Source of the DNA: Alphaproteobacteria bacterium
Lineage (GTDB): Bacteria > Pseudomonadota > Alphaproteobacteria > SP197
Length of the DNA stretch: 64,000 nt
Assembly: GCA_965220805.1 (NCBI GenBank)
Contig: OZ244844.1
Location: 3,527,262-3,591,261 of the forward strand
Direction: 5' to 3'
Shown here: positions 25,337-33,949 of the stretch, in pieces
Layout: the number at the start of each line of letters is the position of its first letter
How positions within the stretch are numbered: position 1 is the first letter of the stretch
Notes under the pieces: model-generated
Told to the model about the DNA's origin: nothing
What the model saw: only the letters and a program-made list of their open reading frames with translations
The model's database searches: none
Translations under genes and position numbers: made by a program

Positions 25337-26256
25337 GCAGTGATGGCTGGTTTGCCCGGCTGCGTGCCGGGCTCACGCGCTCTTCGGACAGACTGAAGGA
25401 CTCAATCGGTGCGATCGTCAACGCCCGAAAGCTCGACAGCTCCGTCCTGGAGGAACTCGAGGATGCGTTGATCGAGAGCGATATCGGTGTGACCACGGCA
25501 GCTACCCTGGTGGCGGAACTGTCTCGCTTGCGGTTCAACCGGCAGGTGACCGACGAGGACGTGCGCGGTGACCTTGCCGAACACATCGCCCGCATTCTCG
25601 AGCCGCTTGCCGTGCCTCTGTGCCCCGATCCCGCCAATCGCCCCCATGTCGTCCTCGTGATGGGAGTCAACGGGACAGGAAAAACCACGACGATCGGCAA
25701 ACTCGCGCAGCATCACCGGGACAAAGGTCTCGCAGTGGTGCTGGCCGCCGGCGATACCTTTCGAGCGGCAGCCATGGAACAGCTCGGGATCTGGGGCCGG
25801 CGGACCGGCGCCAACGTGGTGAGTGGCAAGGAGGGAGGTGATCCCGCAGCTCTTGCCTACACGGCCTACCAAACGGCGCAGTCTCTCGATGCGGACCTTC
25901 TTCTCGTCGACACTGCGGGCCGTCTCCACAACAAGCGCCATTTGATGGACGAACTGGTCAAGATCCGGCGGGTTCTGGGCAAGCTGGATTCCGAAGCGCC
26001 GCACGACCGGGTTCTCGTCGTCGATGCGACCACGGGCCAGAACGCACACTCCCAGGTCGAGACCTTCCGTGATGCGTGCGACATCACCGGACTGATCGTC
26101 ACCAAGCTCGATGGTTCGGCGCGGGGCGGTGTCGTCGTCGGCCTCGGCGAACGATTCCAACTCCCCCTACACGCCATAGGCATCGGCGAGGGCGCTGATG
26201 ATCTCAGGCCCTTCGAGGCACGGGAGTACGCCCGCTCCCTCATGGGGCTTTCCTGA
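25333..26256 (+). CDS. ftsY: Signal recognition particle receptor FtsY (short form)
   Basis: GVNGTGKTTTIGKLA, DTAGRLHNK and TKLDGSARGG motifs. TTG start overlaps the mtaB stop. Confidence 0.9.
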   Translation: MSSDGWFARLRAGLTRSSDRLKDSIGAIVNARKLDSSVLEELEDALIESDIGVTTAATLVAELSRLRFNRQVTDEDVRGDLAEHIARILEPLAVPLCPDPANRPHVVLVMGVNGTGKTTTIGKLAQHHRDKGLAVVLAAGDTFRAAAMEQLGIWGRRTGANVVSGKEGGDPAALAYTAYQTAQSLDADLLLVDTAGRLHNKRHLMDELVKIRRVLGKLDSEAPHDRVLVVDATTGQNAHSQVETFRDACDITGLIVTKLDGSARGGVVVGLGERFQLPLHAIGIGEGADDLRPFEAREYARSLMGLS

Positions 26257-26307
26257 CCACCCCGGGACTGCTATTCGTCAGCCCCCATTCAACCGGATAC
26301 GGCGCGC

Positions 26308-26904
26308 ATGACAACACCGGTGCTGTCTGAAGACGAGCGGGACTCCCGTGACAAGACTGCCCCAGCGGCGAAAATCCTCTTCGACTCCCGCCTGATCCTG
26401 CTCTTCGGCGAGATCAACGAAAAGGTGGCACGCGAGACGACCGCGCAGCTCCTGGCGCTGAGCGAGACCTCGCATGAACCCATCCGCCTGGTGATCAGTT
26501 CACCGGGAGGTCACGTCGAGTCGGGCGATGCCATTCACGACATGATTCGCTTCATCGGCGCTCCCGTGACGGTCATCGGAACCGGCTGGGTGGCCAGCGC
26601 GGGCGTGCATATCTACCTCGCCGCAGCAAAGGAAAGGCGCTACTGCACCCCCAACACCCGGTTCCTGCTTCACCAGCCCATGGGCGGCATCGGTGGCAGT
26701 GCCGTCGACATGGAGATCGAGGCCCGTGAGATCCTGAAGATGCGCGACCGCCTCAACCGCGTCATTGCCAGCGAGACAGGGCAATCGATCGAGCAAGTGG
26801 CGCGTGACACGGACCGCAACCACTGGCTCAGTCCGGAAGAAGCCCGCGACTACGGCATTGTCAGCCACATCGTGTCAGGAATCGACGACATCAACGTGTG
26901 TTGA
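26308..26904 (+). CDS. ClpP-family serine protease paralogue (no adjacent Clp ATPase)
   Basis: ClpP fold motifs with an apparent Ser-His-Asp triad (GWVASAG, FLLHQPMGG, ARDTDRNHWLS). Confidence 0.8.
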   Translation: MTTPVLSEDERDSRDKTAPAAKILFDSRLILLFGEINEKVARETTAQLLALSETSHEPIRLVISSPGGHVESGDAIHDMIRFIGAPVTVIGTGWVASAGVHIYLAAAKERRYCTPNTRFLLHQPMGGIGGSAVDMEIEAREILKMRDRLNRVIASETGQSIEQVARDTDRNHWLSPEEARDYGIVSHIVSGIDDINVC

Positions 26905-26963
26905 AGCGTTCCCCGGCAGCCGACTTGGCCCGGGTGAAGACTCCTCAGACGCATGCCACGTTC

Positions 26964-29117
26964 CTATGCCGAGAAGGCTTGTGCCGGGCGCCCGGCCGAT
27001 TTCCGGGGCGGGACAGCCCCGTCAGAGCGCTTAACCGCCGTCTGGGGAACCAGCACGGCATCGACGGCTCTGACGAAGTCTTCACCGACTATGAGCGGAT
27101 TGACGTCCATCTCAGCGATGACGTCCTTCAGCGCGTGGCAGACGGCGGAAAACCGGCTGAGCACGACCGAGAGCAGGGCAATGTCGCAGGGCGGCCGGGA
27201 ACGCACGCCTTCAAGCAGGCGCCGGGTCCTGAGCCCGTCGATGAGACGGCGGGCCTCACCGGCACCAAAGGGCGCGAGCGACGAGGCCCGGTCTTCAAGC
27301 AGTTCCACCAGGGTGCCTCCGGCGCTCACCATCACCACGGGCCCCCACTGCGGATCATTCACCATGCCGAATGCCACTTCGGTTTCACCCCGGACCATTT
27401 CGGCAACACACATGTCCGGCCCAAGCGACATCAGGGACGTGACGGCATTGCGCAACGCCGCCTCGTCCTGAAGATCGAGATGAACGCCACCGCTGTCGGA
27501 CTTGTGAAGGAGTCCCGGCACCGCCGTCTTGAGCACCACCGGGTATCCGATGTCACGGGCCAGCTTCGCGGCTTCGTCAGGGGAGCAGCATAGCCGGTTC
27601 GCCGCTACCGGAATGCCGAATTCACCAAGCATGGCGAGAACTTCGGTTTCGCCAGGAGCGTCACTCCGGGAAAGACGTTCCTTCCAGAGCCGGACAAGGT
27701 CCGGATCCATGGCCGGCGCCGTTCCATCGTTCACCATCCGTCGATCACGGTACGCGAAGGCACACCTCACGCCCGTGAGAAGCGGCTTCACACCGTTGAT
27801 CACCGGAACGCCGCTGTCGAGCATGTCGCTGGCGAAGGATCCGTTGTCGGCAGCGCCGAGGGAACTGGTGAGAATGTAGGGTTTGTCCGAGTCACGGCCA
27901 ATCCGCCGCGCCGCCTCACCGATCTCCGGCAGGCCCTCCTGCCGGTCCGTGCGGAAGTACTCGTGGGCAAGAATCGCAACTCCGGGGTCCCGTTCGAGAA
28001 TGCCGGCACACTGGCCGATCACGGTTCCGAGGCGTTCGTCGAACGGGCCCGCGGCGTCGAGCGGATTGACTGCCTCGAGCCCGATACCGAGACGCGAATC
28101 GAGAGCACTGACGGTTGCCCTGGACAACGGTGCGAACTCAATTTCCATGTCACTGGCAAGATCGATCAGCTGTTCGCGCAATCCTCCCGAATCGAGAATC
28201 GCGGCAAACCCACCCATGCCCACGTTCTTCCCCAGAGCGAAGATCTGGGCTGCAGCCATGAGGCCGTCGAGGTCGTCCGTGCGCAACACGCCGTAGCGGC
28301 GGCACACCGCATCGAATGCCGTGTCATCACCGACAAGGGCCCCTGAATGGGTCTGGGCAAGCCTGGCGCTTTCCGGCGTTCTTCCGACCTTCGTCACCAC
28401 CACGGGGATGTCCCGGTCGCACGCCTTGGCGACGGCCCGCACGAAGGCGTCAGGATCACGGATCGCCTCGGCAAAGAGTGCCAGAACTCGGGTTGTTGGC
28501 TGCTCCAGGGCGTAGTCCATGTAGTCCGCGAGCGATGCGTTGATCTCCTGTCCCTGGGACACCAGCAGATTGAAGCGCATCCGGCGGGACTCGTTGGCAA
28601 GCAGGCCGAACACCGATCCCGAGTGGCACAGGGCCGCAATGTTGCCGGGCCTGGTATCGAAGGGCTCCTGAAAACTCGCGAAGGTCCGCGCCTCAAAGTT
28701 GTAGAATCCCATGCCGTTGCCACCGCAAACCGGAACGCCCGCCTCGCGGGCCATCGCCTTCAGGCGTTCGAGAAGGCGGGGTTCCCGGTCGTCATCGAGG
28801 AGACAGGCATCGAAGATGACCATGGCACGGGCTCCGGCGCGGATCGCTTCGCCCATCACCCTCTCCATGCGATGCGCGGCCACCGACAGGATTGCAAGAT
28901 CGACAGGCCCGGAGAGATCCGCCAGGGAGGCCACGGCCTCGATGCCCTCGACGGCAGAGTGTCTCGGGTTCACCACCGCAAGACTGCCAGGGTAGCCACC
29001 CGCCAGAAGGCTTCTTGTCATGAGGTTTCCGACGGAGCCGGGCCGCGGCGATCCGCCGACAAGGGCAATGGATCGCGGCGCAAGCAGGGGCTCAAGCCAG
29101 TGGGTGCGTGCCGTCAT
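26964..29117 (-). CDS. ADP-forming (NDP-forming) acyl-CoA synthetase, fused alpha/beta type
   Basis: N-terminal CoA-binding Rossmann fold (SIALVGGSPRPGSVG), succinyl-CoA-synthetase-like ligase-CoA domain and C-terminal ATP-grasp domain; 717 aa. Confidence 0.8.
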   Translation of the reverse strand: MTARTHWLEPLLAPRSIALVGGSPRPGSVGNLMTRSLLAGGYPGSLAVVNPRHSAVEGIEAVASLADLSGPVDLAILSVAAHRMERVMGEAIRAGARAMVIFDACLLDDDREPRLLERLKAMAREAGVPVCGGNGMGFYNFEARTFASFQEPFDTRPGNIAALCHSGSVFGLLANESRRMRFNLLVSQGQEINASLADYMDYALEQPTTRVLALFAEAIRDPDAFVRAVAKACDRDIPVVVTKVGRTPESARLAQTHSGALVGDDTAFDAVCRRYGVLRTDDLDGLMAAAQIFALGKNVGMGGFAAILDSGGLREQLIDLASDMEIEFAPLSRATVSALDSRLGIGLEAVNPLDAAGPFDERLGTVIGQCAGILERDPGVAILAHEYFRTDRQEGLPEIGEAARRIGRDSDKPYILTSSLGAADNGSFASDMLDSGVPVINGVKPLLTGVRCAFAYRDRRMVNDGTAPAMDPDLVRLWKERLSRSDAPGETEVLAMLGEFGIPVAANRLCCSPDEAAKLARDIGYPVVLKTAVPGLLHKSDSGGVHLDLQDEAALRNAVTSLMSLGPDMCVAEMVRGETEVAFGMVNDPQWGPVVMVSAGGTLVELLEDRASSLAPFGAGEARRLIDGLRTRRLLEGVRSRPPCDIALLSVVLSRFSAVCHALKDVIAEMDVNPLIVGEDFVRAVDAVLVPQTAVKRSDGAVPPRKSAGRPAQAFSA

Positions 29118-29254
29118 CCAGAACCCCTCGCCTTCACCGCCGGCAAATCATGGTGCGGTCATGGTGCGTGTCAAGGCAGATCCGGCGTCTTGCGGGAGGG
29201 CGCGCGCAGGCGTTAACTAATGGTGCGATTGATTCGGAACCGCGGGAGCAATCC

Positions 29255-30064
29255 ATGACCATGCCGGCTGAAGACAGCGTGAGCCAGGGCGTGACTGTCC
29301 ACCGGGAGGACGGCGTGCTGCTCGTCATCCTTGATCGTCCTCCGGCCAACGCCATCGACAATGCAACCAGCCGCAGGATGGGAGAAGTGTTCCTCGGATT
29401 TCGTGATGATCCCGACCTCAGGGTGGCCATCCTGACCGGCGGCGGCGAGAAGTTCTTCTCGGCCGGCTGGGACCTCAAGGCCGCGTCGGCCGAACTCGAG
29501 GTGCTCGAGGAGGATTACGGGCCTGGCGGGTTCGGCGGCATGCAGGATCTGCTCGATCTCAACAAACCCATCATCAGCGCGGTCAACGGCATCTGTTGTG
29601 GTGGCGGACTCGAAGTCGCCCTCGACGCCGACATCCTGATTGCTGCCGAACATGCCACCTTCGCGCTCCCCGAAATCACCGTCGGCACCTATGCGCCGGC
29701 CGCCTGTATCGCCCTGCCCAAGCGCATTCCCTATCACATCGCCATGGAACTCCTTCTCACCGGCAGATGGTTCGATGCCGCCGAAGCACACCGCTGGGGT
29801 CTGGTCAATCGCGTGGTTCCTTCAACGGACCTCATGGATGAAGCCTGGAAACTGGCACGGCTCCTTGCCGACGGGCCACCCCTTGTCCAGGCGGTCACCA
29901 AGGAAATCGTGCGCGACGCAGAGGACAAGAAGTTCCAGGACGCTCTCAACAAGGTCAACAGACGGCAGTACCGCACCGTCGAGACCATGATCCCCAGCGA
30001 GGACCGCAAGGAGGGTCCGCGCGCCTTCCAGGAGAAGCGCAAACCGGTCTGGAAGGGGCGCTGA
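29255..30064 (+). CDS. Crotonase-family enzyme closely resembling carnitinyl-CoA dehydratase CaiD
   Basis: Recalled E. coli CaiD aligns along the whole length (RPPANAID, MGEVFLGFRDDPDLRVAILTGGGEKFFSAGWDLKAA, LNKPIISAVNG, FQEKRKPVWKGR C-terminus). ATG 29255 has GGGAG upstream. Confidence 0.8.
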   Translation: MTMPAEDSVSQGVTVHREDGVLLVILDRPPANAIDNATSRRMGEVFLGFRDDPDLRVAILTGGGEKFFSAGWDLKAASAELEVLEEDYGPGGFGGMQDLLDLNKPIISAVNGICCGGGLEVALDADILIAAEHATFALPEITVGTYAPAACIALPKRIPYHIAMELLLTGRWFDAAEAHRWGLVNRVVPSTDLMDEAWKLARLLADGPPLVQAVTKEIVRDAEDKKFQDALNKVNRRQYRTVETMIPSEDRKEGPRAFQEKRKPVWKGR

Positions 30065-30087
30065 CCGGGATTTCCGTCTCGGGAGAT

Positions 30088-32169
30088 GTGACAAGAGTGA
30101 CGCGCGACCCGCGATACGACATTCTCTTCGAGCCGGTGCGCATCGGCCCCGTCGTGGCGCGCAACAGGTTCTACCAAGTTCCCCACTGCAATGGCGCCGG
30201 CATCCAGTTTCCCCACGGACAGGCCGCCATGCGAGGCATGAAGGCCGAGGGCGGTTGGGCGGTGGTGAACACCGAGTGGTGTTCGATCCACCCGTCCATG
30301 GACATTCCGCCGGCCCAGAGCACGAGGCTGTGGAGCCAGGAGGATGTGCGCGTTCACGCCCTGATGGTGGAGGCCGTCCATCGCCACGGCGCGCTGGCCG
30401 GGTGCGAACTCGCCCACGCAGGTCTCACGTCACACAATTCCTACAGCCGGCTGCCGGCCATGGGGCCATCTGCCCGTCCCATGCCTCCCCGGGACTTTCC
30501 CGGTCAAGGCCGGTCCATGACGCGCAACGACATTCGCAACGTCCGGCGCTGGCACCGCGAGGGTGTCAGACGTGCCCTCGAGGCAGGGTTCGACCTTGTC
30601 TACGTCTACGCCAGTCACGGCATCACGGTCTTCACGGACTTCCTGTCGCCGCGAATCAACCGGCGCACAGATGAATACGGGGGGTGTTTCGAGAATCGCC
30701 TGCGCCTGTTGCGCGAGACCCTCGAGGACGTCATGGAAGAGGCGCAGGGACGTTGTGCCGTAGCCCTGCGCTTCGGCGTCGACGAAAAGGACGGACCGGT
30801 CCACCTGGGAGAGGAAGAGTGCCGGGCGGTCGTCGAAAGCCTGGCCGAGGTACCCGATCTGTGGGATGTGAACGTCGGCGGGCCGAACGACATGCTGACC
30901 TCGCGATTCCGCAAGGAGGGTTGGCAGGAACCTTCCATGGCCTTCGTCAAGACACTCACCTCCAGACCTGTGGTTGGCGTCGGCCGATTCACCAGTCCGG
31001 ACACGATGGCGGCCATGGTCAGGCGCGGCGTTGTCGACTTCATCGGCGCAGCCCGACCGTCAATCGCCGATCCGTTCCTGCCCCGCAAGATCGAGGAAGG
31101 CCGCATCGACGACATTCGCGAGTGCATCGGCTGCAACGTGTGCCTGGCCTCCAACATGATGTCCGTGCCCATACGCTGCACGCAGAATCCCACCATGTCG
31201 GAGGAATGGCGTCGTGGATGGCACCCGGAACGGTTGCCCCGGCGCGGCAGCGGAGCACGCGTCCTTGTCATCGGAGCAGGACCGGCCGGTCTCGAGGCAG
31301 CCAGGGCCGCAGGAGAGCGGGACTATGAGGTGACTTTGGCCGAGGCAGGGGCGGAGCCAGGTGGCCATCTCAACCGATTGGCGCGGCTACCAGGTCTCGA
31401 GGAATGGATCCGGGTACGCGATTGGCGCGTCAGCCAGATCGACCGATTGAACAATGTCGAGGTGTACCGGGGGAGCAGACTCGACGCATCAGACGTGACG
31501 GACTGGGGCTTCGGGCACGTGATTGTCGCCACCGGATCGCACTGGCGTCGCGACGGAGTAGGACACACCAACATCGATCCAATTCAGGGACACTCCGGCG
31601 AACATGTCCTCAACCCAGACGACATTCCTGGCGATACCCCTGTGCATTCGCCGGTGGTGATCTTCGATGATGACGCCTATGTCATGGGGGGAGCACTGGC
31701 AGAGAAACTCGCCCGCGATGGACACCGCGTCCTTCTTGTCGCCACCGGGGCCATGGTTTCGCCCTGGAGCAGTTTCGTGATCGACCAGGCGGACATTCAC
31801 CGCCGCCTGGTCTCGTGTGGCGTGGAGGTTCTCCTCAACCACAATCTCCTGTCCATCCAGGAGGACTCGGTGAGACTGGCCGGAATGTTCGGTGAACCCC
31901 CATTCACCCGGCGGGCAGCGAGCGTCGTTCTGGTGACGATGCGCACCCCGCAGACTGAGCTGGCCCGCAGCCTCTCCGGGGCCATGGACAGAGGCGACAT
32001 CCGAAGCCTCACGGCCGTGGGCGACTGCCGGGTGCCGGGGCTCATTTCCGAAGCGGTCTTCAGCGGGCACCTGGCGGCACGCTCCCTCGACGAAGCCAAT
32101 CCCGGCGACCTTCCCTTCCGGGTCGAACAGGTGCCTGCGGGCACGGGAGACGAGTTGTGCGTGAGGTAG
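30088..32169 (+). CDS. Trimethylamine/dimethylamine/histamine dehydrogenase-family flavoprotein (FMN + 4Fe-4S + ADP-binding domains)
   Basis: [33 protein letters not shown] closely parallels the recalled TMADH N-terminus, including the FMN-linking Cys. Also [25 protein letters not shown] and the cluster motif CIGCNVC...C. GTG start 30088; GTG 30097 is an alternative. Confidence 0.85.
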   Translation: [693 protein letters not shown]

Positions 32170-32963
32170 GCGATCGGGACCGCGCCCTATTCGAGGAAGA
32201 CGGCGTCGTGCTGCTGCACGGGGCCTTTGACGAGGCATGGGTCGACTTTCTTCGCCAGGCCGTCGACGAGGCCATGGCCAACCCGGGGCCTCACGCCATG
32301 GAGTACGCCAGTGAAGGACGCTTCTTCGGCGATGTCGAACTCGCCCATCGCCTGCCGGCGTTCATGCGCTTCGTGCGCGAATCGCCTGCGGCGAGATACG
32401 CCGGCCTCATCATGGGTTCCTCGAAGGTCAACTATTTCGACGATCATCTCCTGGTCAAGGAACCCGGGACCGGCAAACCCTCCCCGTGGCACCAGGACCA
32501 GCCCTACTGGGCTGTCAGCGGGCGCCAGGTCTGCTCCCTGTGGCTGCCGCTCGACCCTGTCAGCTGCGACATTGCCGTCGAGTTCGTTAAGGGCTCCCAC
32601 GATTGGCAGGAGTTCAGCCCCTATCACTTCGAGGACGGGCGCCTCTATGAGGGAGTCGGGCTCCCTCGCCTGCCGGACATCGAATCGCACCGCGACCGAT
32701 ACGAAATCCTGCGTTTTCCCATGGAACCCGGTGACGCGCTCATGTTTCACGGCATGACCGTTCACGGTGCTCCGGGCAACACGGGCAGTCTTCGCCGCCG
32801 GGCGCTCTCGACCCGGTGGACCGGAGACGATGCGCGCTTTCACCGGCGTCCAGGCGAGATTTCGGTACCCACCGTTCTGCCGGACCTTGCCGAAGGCGCA
32901 AGCCTTGATTGTGACCGTTTCCCGGTCGTCTGGAGACACGCCCCTCCGGGGCATGGTGCGTGA
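32157..32963 (+). CDS. Fe(II)/2-oxoglutarate dioxygenase, PhyH (phytanoyl-CoA dioxygenase) family
   Basis: PWHQDQPYW (H-x-D) and MFHGMTVHGAPGN (distal His) motifs. GTG start overlaps the preceding gene by 13 nt. Confidence 0.8.
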   Translation: MREVGDRDRALFEEDGVVLLHGAFDEAWVDFLRQAVDEAMANPGPHAMEYASEGRFFGDVELAHRLPAFMRFVRESPAARYAGLIMGSSKVNYFDDHLLVKEPGTGKPSPWHQDQPYWAVSGRQVCSLWLPLDPVSCDIAVEFVKGSHDWQEFSPYHFEDGRLYEGVGLPRLPDIESHRDRYEILRFPMEPGDALMFHGMTVHGAPGNTGSLRRRALSTRWTGDDARFHRRPGEISVPTVLPDLAEGASLDCDRFPVVWRHAPPGHGA

Positions 32964-32969
32964 TCATCC

Positions 32970-33917
32970 ATGGAAACTCGCTCGCTCTATCCACCGGTCG
33001 ACCCATATCGATCGGACCGACTGGCGGTCGGGGACGGCCACGAACTCTACTTCGAGGAGTGCGGCAACCCTGAAGGCAAGCCCGCCGTCTTCCTGCACGG
33101 CGGACCCGGAGGTGGTGTAAGACCACACTACCGGCAGTACTTCGATCCCGAAGCCTGGCACGTGGTCCTGTTCGACCAGCGGGGTTGCGGCCGTTCCACG
33201 CCATGGGCTTCGCTCGAGGCCAACACCACGTGGCACCTGGTTCATGACATGGAGGTCTTGAGGGGACATCTCGGAATCTCCTCCTGGCTTGTCTTCGGTG
33301 GATCCTGGGGAAGCGCGCTGGCGCTCGCCTATGCCCAGACCCATCCCGAGCATGTGAGTGAACTCGTTCTCTACGGCATTTTCACCCTGCGCCAATCGGA
33401 ACTCCGGTGGCTCTACCAGGACGGAGCCAGCCACGTCTTTCCCGATGCCTGGGAGGATTTTCTCGCCCCTGTTCCCGAAGCCGGAAGGGACGACATGATG
33501 GGATCCTACATGCACCTCCTGACATCCGGCGATCCCGACATCGAACGCGAGGCAGCGAGGGCATGGAGTGTCTGGGAAGGGTCGATCCTCTCGCTTGTCC
33601 CCGATCCAGGACGGCTGGAGAGGTTCGCATGCGATGGTTTCGCCAGGGCCTTTGCTCGGATTGAGTGTCACTACTTTGTCAATGGCGGGTTCTTCTCCCG
33701 CGACGGCCAGCTTATCGACGACATCGACAGGTGTCGGCACATACCCGCGGTGATCGTGCAGGGACGCTACGACATCTGCACACCGGCCAGAACGGCATGG
33801 GACCTGCACCGCGCATGGCCGGAAGCCGACTTCCGCCTCGTACCCGATACCGGGCACACGGCCCTCGAACCGGGGAACATCCATGAGCTCGTGGGTGCCA
33901 CGGATGGCTTCAGGTAG
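32970..33917 (+). CDS. pip: Prolyl aminopeptidase (proline iminopeptidase) family alpha/beta hydrolase
   Basis: LYPPVDPY....L.VGDGHELYFEECGNPEGKPAVFLHGGPGGG and GGSWGSALALAY nucleophile elbow. Confidence 0.85.
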   Translation: METRSLYPPVDPYRSDRLAVGDGHELYFEECGNPEGKPAVFLHGGPGGGVRPHYRQYFDPEAWHVVLFDQRGCGRSTPWASLEANTTWHLVHDMEVLRGHLGISSWLVFGGSWGSALALAYAQTHPEHVSELVLYGIFTLRQSELRWLYQDGASHVFPDAWEDFLAPVPEAGRDDMMGSYMHLLTSGDPDIEREAARAWSVWEGSILSLVPDPGRLERFACDGFARAFARIECHYFVNGGFFSRDGQLIDDIDRCRHIPAVIVQGRYDICTPARTAWDLHRAWPEADFRLVPDTGHTALEPGNIHELVGATDGFR

Positions 33918-33949
33918 GTTCGGCTTTCATTGGGAAGAGGACTCCGGCG

